In this document: piece after piece, positions 1 through 14,568 of the stretch
How positions within the stretch are numbered: position 1 is the first letter of the stretch
Layout: every line of letters starts with the position of its first letter
NCBI RefSeq assembly: GCF_009914755.1
Contig: NC_060935.1
Reading direction: 5' to 3' (one strand)
DNA length: 64,000 nucleotides
Source: the human T2T-CHM13v2.0 reference genome, Homo sapiens
The notes under the pieces: model-generated
The model's database searches: none
Told to the model about the DNA's origin: nothing
The model's input: only the letters and a program-made list of their open reading frames with translations
Position numbers and translations under genes: made by a program

Positions 1-188
1 CATCAGACATCAAGTCTTGTAAATTCCACCTCCTACCTCTGTCTGTCCTCACTGCCATTCTCCCATCAGACATCAAGTCTTGTAAATTCCACCTCCTACC
101 TCTGTCTATCCTCACTGCCATTCTCCCATCAGACATCAAGTCTTGTAAATTCCACCTCCTGCCTCTGTCTGTCCTCACTGCCATTCTC
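1..188. repeat. 63-bp minisatellite, 3 near-identical copies (may continue left of window)
   Basis: CATCAGACATCAAGTCTTGTAAATTCCACC... restarts at 1, 64 and 127; copies differ by 1-2 nt. Confidence 0.95.
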
Positions 189-1313
189 TTACTCAGGTCC
201 ACTAATTCCATGTCCTCAGTCTGCCTTCAAGCCTCTCCTCCCCTCAAGCCTCTGATGTATCTTGTTTACTGTAGAGCAGATGCAGACAGAAACAGAGCTG
301 TGGAGACAGAATGAGAGATACAGCTGGCCCAGTGGGCTTTTGCTGCATAACTATTTTGCCGTGTGCCACAAAATCTCAGTGGCAAACAAACATTTACTCC
401 CAGGCTCATGGTCTTTGGGTTGACGGCAAGTGGCTTATCTAAACTGGACTTGGTTGGGCAGCTCTGCTCAGGCCGCCGGTCTGGCTCAGCTGGGGTCTTC
501 CTTGCTCTGGGCTGGGCTCAGGTCTGTTCCTCACGTGTTCATTCTGGGGGTCCAGACTAAAGAAGAATCTTCCAAAGAAAAGACTCTCAGTTTCCTTCCC
601 CCAAAAGCAGACCCACAGACAAGTACATGGGTGCAGTGAGCTTCTTTGTAAAGTGATCCCAAGAAATACAAGTCAGGGAGCGGCAAAGTCAGAGAAGAGA
701 AAAGCAGCCAATTAAAAGCCTGTTACCACTGTCATCAACTAGTCCCACTGGGGACCCTCTATGGGACAGGAAGTCTGACTTCCAGCCCTCATTGGTTGAA
801 GGCTGTCCTTGAGAATATTAAATCCCTTACACTTTTGGCCTGCCCTGTGCTCACAAAAAACAGGCTCCCAGGGTGATGGAGAATGCTTCAGAGACAGAAA
901 AATGTGAGCCCTAGAAGTGGGAGGCTGACAGCCTGCATGAGAACTATCCACTGCACCTGCATGTGGACTCGAAGACAGTCTCCGGGAATATGGGCTGAGG
1001 AATCCACAGTGTCAGGTACACTCTCTTTTACCCTGCATCCATAGATCAACTCGCAGGAAGGCCTCTGATTGGCCTTCTTGGGTCATGTGCCCATCCATGA
1101 GCCAGTCACAATGGTCAAAGCCTTAGGGCACCAGTCCTGGGGCATGTGTTCCTCTCATGGGGTGCATAGAATGAGAAAAGCCCCACCTGAGCCCATGACT
1201 GGATTCTACACAGGAAAGTGAGGAACTAGTAACAGCAGCTCTAGCCTCCTTGCTGGACTTCAAGAGACCACAGACAAGAGCTCAAGTCTTTTTTTTTTTT
1301 TTTTTTTTTTTGA

Positions 1314-1532
<219 letters not shown>

Positions 1533-1711
1533 TGATCCACCCGCCTTGGCCTCCCAGAGTGCTGGGATTACAAGCGTGAGCCACCGCGCCCGGCCCAGGG
1601 AAGTGGGTTTTCATAGCTCACTGCAGACTCAACCTCCTGGTCTCAAGCAATCCTCCTACCTTCAGCCTGCCGAGTTGTTGGGACTACAGATATGCACCAC
1701 CACACCTGTAG

Positions 1712-1966
<255 letters not shown>

Positions 1967-2619
1967 TGACTTCAGGTGATCCGCCCACCTCAGCCTCCCG
2001 GAGTTGTCCGGATGTATTTTTTTATTTTTAGTAGCAATGGTGTCTCACAATGTTGCCCAGGCTCGTTTCAAACTCCTGGGCTCAAGTAATCCTCCCGCCT
2101 CAGTCTCCCAAAGTGCTGGGATTACAGGCTGGAGCCACCATGGCTGGCTGTTGTTCATAATTTTATCCTTAATGCCTGACATGCTACAGATGCTAAACAA
2201 CAATAACAAAAAAAATTGTTGAATAAATGAGTAAGCAGCTTTTGAGGGGGAGAAGATAATGAGCTCCATTTTGGACATGTGGAATTTGGTAAAAACTACT
2301 GCTAACCCCATTGTCCAGAGAAGCTCATACTTCACATTTAAATTGTGTATTGGCAATTATAGGATCTTAGATTTGAAGATTAATGAAATTATAGACACAT
2401 AGAATCCCAGTGTCTTAGAGTCACTGAACTATCCAAACTTAGGTCTCCCCAGAGCCAGAGGAGATGATAAAGCAGCGACGCTTAACCTAAATGAGATTGG
2501 GGGCAGAGGCATAACCACCTTGATATTTATGTAACATTTGTGTGAAGGCGCATATATTCATTTTCTGAAGGGAGGTTTCAGCTTTTATCAGATTCCAAAA
2601 CATAAAGACCCATTGACTA

Positions 2620-2970
<351 letters not shown>

Positions 2971-3326
2971 TTAAATGGAAATTAAAAAGAGATCAATCAT
3001 ATTCAGCACTGGCAAAGATGTGGAATAAAGGGCACTCTCATCCATTGTTGGTGGGGTGGCAGTTTCTGTCAAAATAAAAAATATTCATATTCTTTAAATC
3101 TCATTTTACTTCTCAAAATCTTTCCTATAAAAACATGCACACACATAGAGAAGGATTTATATACCTAAATATTCACTGTAGTATTATGTATAATATTTTA
3201 AAATTAGGGAAGAAACCTAAGTGTTCATAAGTATGAAATGGTTAATTATGGTTTATACCATGAGATAAACCAAGCTGCCATTATGTGAGCAGGGAGATAT
3301 TTATGTACTGACATGGAAGGAAGTTA

Positions 3327-3848
<522 letters not shown>

Positions 3849-4509
3849 TTAGGGAAACTGGTATCCTCTGTCTTCTCCTGCTCTTCTGATCCCCTCTTCC
3901 CCCAGCACCCGGGGTTTATATCTGTCCCTCCCTGGAAGCACCGAAGGCTCATTCCACAAGAGGACTGCAGGGAGTGGGGGCAACTGGTGGACCAAGCCCT
4001 GCTCTAAGTCTGTCCCTGGAGATCCTGCTAAGGCCCCACCAGCTGAACACTCCTGGATCTGCCCCTGTCCCAAAACCCACAACCCCTGCGAGGTGAAGCC
4101 CAGGTCTCTCACTGTGGCTGTCAAGTCCTTTCATGACTGGCCCATCTTCCCAACGTTCCTACCCCGCAAGCTCTGCCAGCCTAGATGACATGTCTTTCTC
4201 TCTTTACATCCTCAGTTCCCACCTCCAATACCTTTGCTTTTTCCATTCCTGCTGCACAAAAGTCCTTTCCCACCCAAACACCAGTCTTTTCTCTCCCAGT
4301 CTCCACTTGCTGACATCTTAGTCTCCTGTTCATCCTACAAGACCCTGTTCACGTCACTCCTCCAGGAAGTCACTCATGTTCCTTTCAGCAAGAAGGGTCC
4401 TCTCTCTTCTGAGCCTCCATGTCTGTCTTATGACTCTCAGTGCCAAGCACTAGGAATGGCACAGACTAAGTGTCGATTCATGTTTATTAAACTATACAGA
4501 TTAACACTG

Positions 4510-4572
4510 CAATTTTCCAGATGAGGAAACTGAGACCCAAAAAGAGACAGCAACTGGCCCAGGGTCACCAGC
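4510..4572 (+). mobile_element. MIR core fragment forming the acceptor and 5'UTR of the ART1 start-codon exon
   Basis: TTTTCCAGATGAGGAAACTGAGACCCA..GCAACTGGCCCAGGGTCAC resembles the MIR core TTTTACAGATGAGGAAACTGAGGCTCAGAGAGGTTAAGTGACTTGCCCAAGGTCAC (recalled). Confidence 0.75.
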
Positions 4573-4635
4573 ATGCAGATGCCTGCTATGATGTCTCTGC
4601 TTCTTGTGTCTGTGGGCCTCATGGAAGCACTTCAG
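4573..4635 (+). CDS. ART1: ART1 coding exon 1, signal peptide MQMPAMMSLLLVSVGLMEALQ
   Basis: ATG at 4573, CAG|GTATG donor at 4635/4636, 63 nt, phase 0. Confidence 0.95.
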
Positions 4636-4941
4636 GTATGGGCATCCCCCACTGTTCCCACCCCAGCAGGGAACTGAGCCATCGGCTTCTTCTGAACCCT
4701 GGAGGGAGAAAGAGAGAGAGGAAAGAATGCCCGACGCTTCCCCTGGGGATCACTCAGCCCAAGGGGACAGCTCCAGATGCTAGTCTTGGGGAAATTACAG
4801 CCAGAGGTTCCCAATCCCCTTCCCCACCAGGTGTGTTTGGGGCCCTTCCTGCCTTTCTCAGTGGAGGGGAGAGCTGGATGGCAGGGGACTCATTCTCCCA
4901 GGGGCCTATCCTCTCAGTCCCTGCTACTCCTGTCCCCTCAG

Positions 4942-5722
4942 GCCCAGAGCCACCCCATCACACGACGAGACCTCTTCTCTCAAGAGATTCAGCTGGACAT
5001 GGCCCTGGCCTCCTTTGATGACCAGTACGCTGGCTGTGCTGCTGCCATGACAGCTGCTCTCCCGGATCTCAACCACACGGAGTTCCAGGCCAACCAGGTG
5101 TATGCAGACAGCTGGACACTGGCAAGCAGCCAATGGCAGGAGCGTCAGGCCAGGTGGCCAGAGTGGAGTCTCAGCCCCACCCGTCCATCCCCGCCACCCC
5201 TGGGCTTCCGCGATGAGCATGGGGTGGCCCTCCTGGCCTACACAGCCAACAGCCCCCTGCACAAGGAGTTCAATGCAGCCGTGCGTGAGGCGGGCCGCTC
5301 CCGGGCCCACTACCTCCACCACTTCTCCTTCAAGACACTCCATTTCCTGCTGACTGAGGCCCTGCAGCTCCTGGGCAGCGGCCAGCGTCCACCCCGGTGC
5401 CACCAGGTGTTCCGAGGTGTGCACGGCCTGCGCTTCCGGCCAGCAGGGCCCCGGGCCACCGTGAGGCTGGGGGGCTTTGCTTCTGCCTCCCTGAAGCATG
5501 TTGCAGCCCAGCAGTTTGGTGAGGACACCTTCTTCGGCATCTGGACCTGCCTTGGGGCCCCTATCAAGGGCTACTCCTTCTTCCCTGGAGAGGAAGAGGT
5601 GCTGATCCCCCCCTTTGAGACCTTCCAAGTGATCAATGCCAGCAGACCGGCCCAGGGCCCCGCCCGCATCTACCTCCGAGCCCTGGGCAAGCACAGCACC
5701 TACAACTGCGAGTACATCAAAG
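4942..5722 (+). CDS. ART1: ART1 coding exon 2, ADP-ribosyltransferase catalytic domain
   Basis: Lies inside ORF 4777..5892. CAG acceptor, AG|GT donor. R-S-EXE motif: R179 (VFRG, 5413), S202 (FASAS, 5482), E238/E240 (GEEEVLIP, 5590/5596). Confidence 0.98.
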
Positions 5723-6730
5723 GTAGGAGGGCAAGCGCTGGTCGGCACCTGTGCGGAAGGTGGACCTTCCACATCCACCAGGGACTTTGGCAAACCGAAG
5801 CCCCTATCTCCTGTGTCCCAGGGATACATAAATACAAGTCATATCCACCAGCTCCCAACCCCTTCCATCTAAGGGGAGACATAACCTTCTGAGGGGTGCA
5901 CTTACTGCCCCTGAAGGGATCTAAGCCATAGTTCGCCACTTGCCTGCTGGGAGGCTGAAGAGGTTTCCTGGCCAACGCAGCGGTCTCTGGCCATTTGAGT
6001 GGGCAAGCAGACCCGGTCGGGCTTTTCTCCTGGTCAGAGGCTGGAAGGGAATTATTTTCCAGCCAGATTATTGACACCTAGATAGCTGTTGCCAGAAATG
6101 AGTAGGAGTCCCACCCTCAGTTTCTGAGAACAGTGCATTTATGAGATGGAAGAGGAATTATGTGCTGAAGGGTGTGCTGGGTGGGGTGGTGGGGGCAAGG
6201 AGACAGCAGTTGGGTGCTGTGCCCCTAAGGTCCAGCTCAGGCTGTGGTCAGGAAGTGGTGGATGCTCCTCCTGTTCATGTCCCCAGCACAGGCCAGAAGA
6301 AGAACCATGAGGATGGGCCCAGGTTCTTAATTTCTGAAGGGCTATGGGCTTTACTTCCTATCTTGGACAACATCAGGAGCATGCATGAGTTGACAGAAGG
6401 TAAGGAGGGCATGCAAAGAAAACAAACCAGGCTGGGGCGAGGCATGGAAGAGGGAGAGGTGAGTGTGGCAGGGAGGCAAAGTTATAGGCCCAGGGAGCAG
6501 GAGTGCCCCAGAGTAGACCCTGGCTCTGATGGCCCACTCCCTTCTGGCCCTGCTGCTCATGGGTCGAGGCAAACCTAGTCAAGGGAGGTTCCACCATGAA
6601 AGAGCAGAATTAGGGGGAAATGCACCAACTTCTCCTAGAACAAGTCAGGGATGGACTACCAGGGCTCTGAGGTCCCTTTCCATCCTGACAGCTCCTGAGC
6701 CTTTCATTCTTTACTGTTTCTTTTCTATAG

Positions 6731-6772
6731 ACAAGAAGTGCAAGTCTGGGCCTTGCCATCTGGATAATTCAG
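6731..6772 (+). CDS. ART1: ART1 coding exon 3 ([14 protein letters not shown])
   Basis: TTTTCTATAG acceptor, CAG|GTAAG donor, 42 nt, phase 1-1. Confidence 0.95.
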
Positions 6773-6876
6773 GTAAGGGCTGCAGGCACCTGTGGGACTC
6801 AGTTCAGGGATGAGCAGGCTGCTCTGGGGTTGGCCCCATCACCTCGATCTTTTTTTTTTTTTTTTTTTTTTTTTGA

Positions 6877-6981
<105 letters not shown>

Positions 6982-7026
6982 TGATTACAGCTGGGATTAC
7001 AGGCGCATGCCACCAAGCCCGGCTAA

Positions 7027-7164
<138 letters not shown>

Positions 7165-7777
7165 TGAATCTTTTATAAGGAAACAACTGCATTAATAATA
7201 AAAAAAAGTGCACTAGCTGAAGTGGCACCTTGGGGGTTGCCAGCCTTAGCCAGGAGATGAGTGTGTGGGAGAGCAGATGGTTGAGGGAGCAGGGACACCT
7301 GCTCTCCAGCCTGGATCTGCCTATCCCTTGCAGGAAAAGGCCACTGATCAGGCCCCTGAGAGATTCAGGCTGCACTGAGGTGAGGGACAGAAGGGCTGCT
7401 CCCCACAAAGTCCTCCTTTGGTCCTTCTCTGCCTCCCAGTGCAGAACCCACTGTCTCTGTTACTGCCCTCAGGGCTCCCTCAAACCCACCTTTGAAGGCC
7501 ATGAGGCCAGGCTTTTGGTGCTGGAGGCCTGGGCTCTAGTCCAGGCTCTGCTCTAACTTTCTCTACGACCAACCCATTCTTTCTCTGTGCCTCAGTTTCT
7601 CTGTGTGTATAATAAGCAAATTGGACCAGATGATCCCCAGCTATGACTCTTCTCTTCCCTCGGACACTTGGTGTGCCAAGGCCTACCCAGGCCACCATGT
7701 TTCTAGGTGGGAATGGGCCATTTCCAGGGAAGAAACAGCAGCTCCTCCCCAAGCCTTCAGAACTCCTTTGTCCTTCA

Positions 7778-8236
<459 letters not shown>

Positions 8237-8363
8237 TCAAAGGTGCAGAGGAGAAGCAACTGGCCCTGTGCCACCCAGCTACTAAGAAGTGGAGTCCAGA
8301 GAGCCTGGCTCAAGAGCCAAACTCTGAACCACCACACCAGGATAGTTCCCACCCCTCCCCAGA

Positions 8364-8534
8364 CATCATCTCATCTCATCATCTCATCTCATCTCATCAT
8401 CTCATCTCATCTCATCTCATCTCATCTCATCTCATCTCATCATCTCATCTCATCATCTCATCTCATCTCATCTCATCTCATCTCATCTCATCTCATCTCA
8501 TCTCATCTCATCTCATCATCATCTCATCTCATCT
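8364..8534. repeat. (CATCT)n pentanucleotide STR with CAT interruptions in the last ART1 intron
   Basis: Directly visible, ~170 bp. Confidence 0.97.
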
Positions 8535-8966
8535 TTACTGCACAGTAATCTATGGGAAGGAGGCAGAACAGGAGGCATTACCCCCCTTATATGGTCAAGT
8601 GAGACCCAGAGACAAATTATTTGCTCAAGGTGACAATGAGTTTATGGCAGAGCCAGGACAAGAAGCCAGGTTTCCAGCTTCCAACCCAGGCATCTTTGAG
8701 TTCTGATTATGTAATTCCAGATACTGGAAAAGTTTAGGATTTCTCCTTCTAGTCCACTCCACACCTCTCCTACCAGGGTTTGGGTAGAGGAGCCAAGTTC
8801 AGCCACAGCAGATCCCACTCTGATCTTAAATCCATGTTTCATCCCACTCTGCAGCACCTTATTTGTGGCAATAGAAGGCAGTTAAGTTAGACCCAATGAC
8901 CTCTGGAAGAGAAACTGGGACTCTAATTGGTCTCATCTCTGTCTACCTTCCTAAATTCTTTATTAA

Positions 8967-9179
<213 letters not shown>

Positions 9180-9191
9180 TAAAATTTTTTA

Positions 9192-9284
9192 AGCCAGTCA
9201 AATTTAGCAGTGGGGGGACTGTACATCAACTTTAGTGACACTGGTGTTAATAAGTTCTGATAACCCATTACCATTGGACCAGCT
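9192..9284 (-). pseudogene. Y4 RNA (RNY4) retrocopy A
   Basis: Reverse complement GCTGGTCCAATGGTAATGGGTTATCAGAACTTATTAAC...CTAAAGTTG...CCCCCCACTGCTAAATTTGACTGGCT matches hY4 over its full length. Confidence 0.9.
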
Positions 9285-9464
9285 CCTCCCTAAACTTGAT
9301 CTTCATCTCTGTTGCCCGTGGCAGTTTTGTGTATCAGTCTGTCCAGCTCACTCTGCCAATCTCTCCACCTTGTATCTGCATGTCCCCACTTTTGCTCCTG
9401 TGCTCCTAAATACCTCTTTTTTTCTCTCTCTCTCCCCCAACCTCTCTGCCTGTTTTCCCTGCAG

Positions 9465-9562
9465 CCATGGGTCAGAGCCCCCTCTCTGCAGTCTGGTCTT
9501 TGCTGCTGCTGCTCTGGTTCCTCGTGGTGAGGGCCTTTCCAGATGGTCCAGGCCTCCTTTGA
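9465..9562 (+). CDS. ART1: ART1 last coding exon, GPI-anchor signal (AMGQSPLSAVWSLLLLLWFLVVRAFPDGPGLL*)
   Basis: Long pyrimidine tract plus CAG acceptor; TGA at 9560-9562; 63+781+42+98 = 984 nt = 327 aa. Confidence 0.96.
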
Positions 9563-9770
9563 TGCATGAGACACGGGACAGCCTCGCCTGCTGCCTCTGC
9601 CCATCCTGAGGATGTTGGCCATGTGTGCTTTCAGTGTAACCAAGATTCCTGTCAATCCCATCTGCAGGGAACTCTGGGACCTTCTCTGGTAGCTGCCAGA
9701 CCGGCTGGTGGAGAAACAGGAGACAATCTGGGGACTGAACCTTACCCAGGGCTGTAGGAGTGAGACTCTG

Positions 9771-9776
9771 AATAAA
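9771..9776 (+). terminator. ART1: ART1 polyadenylation signal AATAAA
   Basis: First AATAAA after the stop codon (~210 nt downstream), followed by G/GT-rich sequence. Confidence 0.8.
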
Positions 9777-10539
9777 GGGTTGGGCCGGCGGTGTGGCGGG
9801 TACTTCAAGACAGGCAGCAACTAACCTGGCGATAGAAGGGCTTCAGCTGATTTGGGGGATGACTGGAGAGGAAAGCGCTTGGCCGTCATACCTGCTAGTG
9901 TTACTCAGATGCCTCACGTGTCCATCTGGAAAGCTTCTGTTCACTCCTCCAGGAAGCCTTCTGTGACCTCTCCCACCTGGCTGGGGTAGTGACCCTGTCT
10001 CTACGCTCCCACAGAGACCTGGATGCTTCCCTATACCACCACATGTCCATGTCTGTCTGCCACATCAGACCATGAGCTTCCTGAGGGAAGGGACTGGGTC
10101 GGAGGCACAGAGATGGTGCCAGGAAACGTGTGAAACTCAGAAAGGAACAAATACCTGTGAATGGCTGGTCCCTGCACTGCCCCTGCCTTGGACACTGTCA
10201 AGCTCTCATTGTCCGTGTGTGGGAATGGGGTGGACGGTGCCTAACTCCAGCACACAGAGAGAAGGAGAGACGGGAGAGAGAGCGCTAGTCCTCCATCGGC
10301 ACCTCGGTCAAATTCCATTCTCTTGTCAGCACAGATGTAACTTCTGCTCTAATCCATGAGTCCCGAGGCTCCTCTCATCACGGCTCACTGTAGCCTCAAA
10401 CTCCTGGTTTCAAGAGATCCTCCCACCTCAGCCTCCCAAGTAGCTGGGACTACAGATATGTGCCACCACACCTGACTAATTTTTGTGTTTTTTGTAGAGA
10501 CAGGGTCTCCCTAGGTTGCCTAAGTTCTTTTTTTTTTTA

Positions 10540-10631
10540 AGCTAGTCAAATTTAGCAGTGGGGGGTTATATACCAACTTTAGTGACAGTGACATTAATAA
10601 GTTCTGATAACCCACCACCATGGACACCAGC
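10540..10631 (-). pseudogene. Y4 RNA (RNY4) retrocopy B
   Basis: Reverse complement ...GGTGGTGGGTTATCAGAACTTATTAA...CTAAAGTTGGTATATAACCCCCCACTGCTAAATTTGACTAGCT. Confidence 0.9.
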
Positions 10632-10880
10632 AATACCCAGACAGCTGGGAAAGCATTATTTCTGGATGTGTCTGTGAGGGTTTGCAGCAGGAGATTGGCG
10701 TGTGAGTTGGTGGACTCAGTGGCAAGTTCCACTCTCAATGTGGGAGGGCATGGAGAGGACAAAAAAATAAGGGAAAGGCAAATTCACACTCTTTCCTGGA
10801 GCTGGGACATCCTTCTCTTACCATTGGACATTAGAACTTCAGGTTCTCAGGCTTTGAACTTGGACTTGCACCAGCGGCCA
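10632..10880 (+). mobile_element. MLT2-type (ERVL) LTR fragment
   Basis: ATACCCAGACAGCTGG..AAAGCATTATTTCTGGATGTGTCTGTGAGGG resembles the MLT2 5' region (from recall). Confidence 0.6.
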
Positions 10881-10977
10881 TGAGACCTGAAGTAGACAGA
10901 CCTGGACCCCCAGCTTCCACTACCACAGACCTCATGGGTAACACAGGGCATCGAGGAGGTGCTAGGTACACGCTTAC

Positions 10978-10983
10978 TTTATT
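10978..10983 (-). terminator. CHRNA10: CHRNA10 polyadenylation signal AATAAA
   Basis: TTTATT on + strand, ~500 nt past the CHRNA10 stop. Confidence 0.75.
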
Positions 10984-11479
10984 GAGTCAGGGATTTGGGG
11001 CCAAATGTCTGTAGGGCCTCCTGCTCTGGAAACTCGACTGAGAATCCCCGACCCTTTTCCCTGAGCCCCTCAGCAGGGAAAGGTAACAGCCAAAGCCCTG
11101 CAAAGCAGCCACCTAGGAAGGAAGACAGGAAATGCAGCAGTACAGTTCAGTTTCTCATTATAACCCATGTGCTCCCCACTGAGAGCTCCAATACCCAGCA
11201 CAAACAATTCTGTCCCTCCAAGACTGTACTCTGTGATCTTGGCCTTTGTAGAGTTCCTCTTTTTTTTGGAATTAGGGGAGTGGCAGGCTCTGGACTTCCT
11301 TTAGTTAGGGTGTGTAGACAATGAGTGCTCCCTTGTGGATTGTGAAGTCAAGTGTCTCAGGATCTTAGGAGCAGTGGGGAGAGACTGGCTGGCCCAAAGA
11401 CCAGCAACCACTTGGCCGTGGCTGTCCCTTTCTGGAGGAGCTGTGGCTGCAGCAGATCCCTGTGACTTAGTCCCAGCCC

Positions 11480-11937
11480 TCACAGGGCCTGCACCAGCAC
11501 CAGGAGGCTCATGACCAGGGCCATGGAGAAGAAGATGGCCAGGAAGAAGCGGTCCATCACACGGGCCAGGCGCTTCCAGTCCTCATGGCAGCGCTGGGCA
11601 GCTCGGTGGCTGCGGAAGGTATTGGCAATGGTGGCTACGTGGTGCAGTAGGGCTTCCTGGCGGCACAGACATCGTGGCTCGTGGCAAGGGCCCGCTGGGG
11701 GGCCAGCCCCTCCTTCAGGCGACTGGGGGCTAGGAGATAACTCAGGTGGCCTGGACTGCCCACAGGGCTCCCCTCTTTCCCGCACGCACAGGCCCCGTGC
11801 CAGGTGTCCCAGCAGGAGGGCCCTAGCCCAGGCTGGCACTGGGCGGACACTGGGACCACAGTAATGCAGGTTCATGATAAGGATGGTGAGTGCTGTTGAG
11901 AATGTGACCATGGTCATAGTGGCCATGTAGTACTTCC
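11480..11937 (-). CDS. CHRNA10: CHRNA10 exon 5 (M3, intracellular loop, M4, stop)
   Basis: CAG|GGAAGTACTACATG acceptor; ...ARVMDRFFLAIFFSMALVMSLLVLVQAL*; total CDS 61+146+155+533+458 = 1353 nt = 450 aa. Confidence 0.97.
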
Positions 11938-12479
11938 CTGCAAGAGAGAGAGAAAGCCAATTGACTCAAAACAAAAGCCTGTGGTTCCTGAGCTTCCCAG
12001 CCACCTCTGCACAAATGGAAATAAGCCCACCATGAAGCTCTCCAGACCCTCCAAGCCCCATGGATGGAAGCAGGAAGGAGGTAAGGGCCGAGTTCTCCCC
12101 ATCCTTCATTCCTACACGTGGGTCATCAGAAGCTACTGCTCTCTAATTGCTCCCGTCACTGCTGGAGGCTGCACTCATACACAATCCAGGACAGTCCCGC
12201 TCTCAAATAACGACGGGCATGAGCTGGGGCAAGATACGAATCCTTTTTGTACAAATGGGATACCCAGAGGACCTACTTCCTAGGTTTGTGGTGATGCTTA
12301 CCTGAGTTAATAAAGGTCAAGTGCTTAGGGGAGTGCCTGGCACACAGCAAGCAGTCGACAGATTTTGCCTGTCATTAGGATCTGGGGATACTGATGTTCC
12401 ATCATCAAGGGCCAAGTCGTGAGGGGTGTTCTCCCTGGAAGGAGCTAATCCTTTCCCCTCAGTCTTAAAATGAGGGCAC

Positions 12480-13310
12480 GTTCCCAGGACGCCCCCCTCT
12501 CACTTTCTGCAGTGGGGCCGTTCCGCAGACCCAGGCCCTGTCGCGGCCCCGCCCTGGGGGGACCCCAGCGCATCGTCAGGTCCCCCCGCGCCCCCGCTGC
12601 TCACCGATGAGCGGCACGCTCTCGGCCGGTGGCATGCTCTCGGCCAGCAGCAACTGGAAGACGGTGAGCGCCAGCAGCACGGTGACGCCCAGCGACACCT
12701 TCTCGCCTGAGTCGGCAGGCAGGTGGAAGGCGAGCGGCGCAAGCAGCGAGATGAGCACGCAGGGCAGCAGCAGGTTGCACACGTAGGCGGCGGCGCGGCG
12801 GCGCAGCAGCAGCGTGAAGGTGACGTCGGGGTAGGGCTCGGAGCAGCAGCCGTAGGTGAGCACGCGCCGCCGCGCCGGCATGCCCAGCACGCGCCACTCC
12901 ACGTTCTCCACGAAGTCCGCCAGGCTGGCTGCAGCGCCGCGCGGCCGCACATCCAGTTGGTGCCCGCCGTGAGTCCAGGAGCCGAACGTCAGGCCGCAGT
13001 GCTGGGCGTCGAACGGGAAGGCTGCTACATCCACGCGGCACGAGCTGCGCGTGATGGCCGGCGCGTCCCAGCGCACGGCGCCATCGTGGCGCAGGACCAC
13101 GTTGGTGCTGGCGGAACCTGGAGGCTGCGCGTCGGCTCTGGGGGCAGGCGGGGCAGGGCTCACCTAGGCTGTCCAGCCTGAGGAGCAGCCCCGGAGGCCG
13201 GGAGCCCAGGGCAGACCCCCAGGGGCTGAAAGAAACCAAAACTTCTCCCCAGAATATTGAGGCTCGTTAAGTTCGAGACACTCACGACGCAGGGGAGCAC
13301 CTGGCCCCAG
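12480..13310. other. Intragenic CpG-rich island over CHRNA10 exon 4
   Basis: High GC and CpG density by eye; limits approximate. Confidence 0.75.
12605..13137 (-). CDS. CHRNA10: CHRNA10 exon 4 (Cys-loop, loops B and C, M1, M2)
   Basis: [15 protein letters not shown] Cys-loop, [12 protein letters not shown] vicinal cysteines, [18 protein letters not shown]2; AG/GT boundaries. Confidence 0.98.
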
Positions 13311-13604
13311 CGTCTGCTGGCCTGATGGCAGGACATCAGCCCTTCCTTGCTGGAGTCAGCACTTGCTTATCCAAAGGGCACCAGTAGGTGCCAGAGGAAT
13401 CTGGAAACAGATTTTACCCTCTTTCCACGTTTTCCCGCCTTTTAAAGGTGGCTGTCCTTTGTCTTGCCACTATTTATAACTTACTGGCTCTTTCTTGAAT
13501 TTCTATTTAAGCAAGGCCCCTAAGTCACTGCCTTCAGAGAGAAATACTTTTGAACTAAGGCCTCTCCCATGATGGGTACAGCAGATTAATAAACTTCTGC
13601 TTGT

Positions 13605-14163
<559 letters not shown>

Positions 14164-14568
14164 CTATGTGCTGGCTGGGAGACACGGAACTGGTCAAGGA
14201 GACATAAAGCAGTGTTCCAGAGGGCTATGTCCTGGAGGAAAGAGACCCTTAGACAGGCTCTTGGGGGAGCCCTGAGAGACTTAGAGCTAAAAGTGTGCCC
14301 TAGAGAGGCCCTTGTGATTCAGACATCTGCCCTGGACCACACAGTAGGTTCCGAGGAGACGTTCAGCCTGGGCTGGCCTGGGATAGCCTAAAGTGGGGGT
14401 GCCATGGAGGGGCTGAGTGCTTGGCAGCTTAGAAGGGTCCTGGGGAAAAGCTTCCAGGGCAGCGTGGCAACCAGGTTATGTGGTAGGGAGAGGGGATCAC
14501 TACACCCCCACAGCTAAGGGCAAGTCTAGAGAGGGGTAAGAGAGAGGAGGGGCCCAGATAGGCAGTAC

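Noticed and set aside
1-188. CRISPR-like array
   Set aside because: Contiguous tandem units with no unique spacers; eukaryotic context; no cas genes
4924-5829. 301-aa minus-strand ORF
   Set aside because: Antisense shadow of the GC-rich ART1 catalytic exon; no recognisable domain
4777-5892. 371-aa ORF as a single-exon gene
   Set aside because: Only 4942-5722 is exon; the flanks are intron in the spliced 327-aa model
12500-13239. Several 150-212 aa overlapping ORFs
   Set aside because: Stop-poor alternative frames of the CpG-rich CHRNA10 exon 4
13470-13479. MEF2-like CTATTTATAA in CHRNA10 intron 3
   Set aside because: Single degenerate AT-rich motif in probable LTR-derived sequence; no supporting evidence
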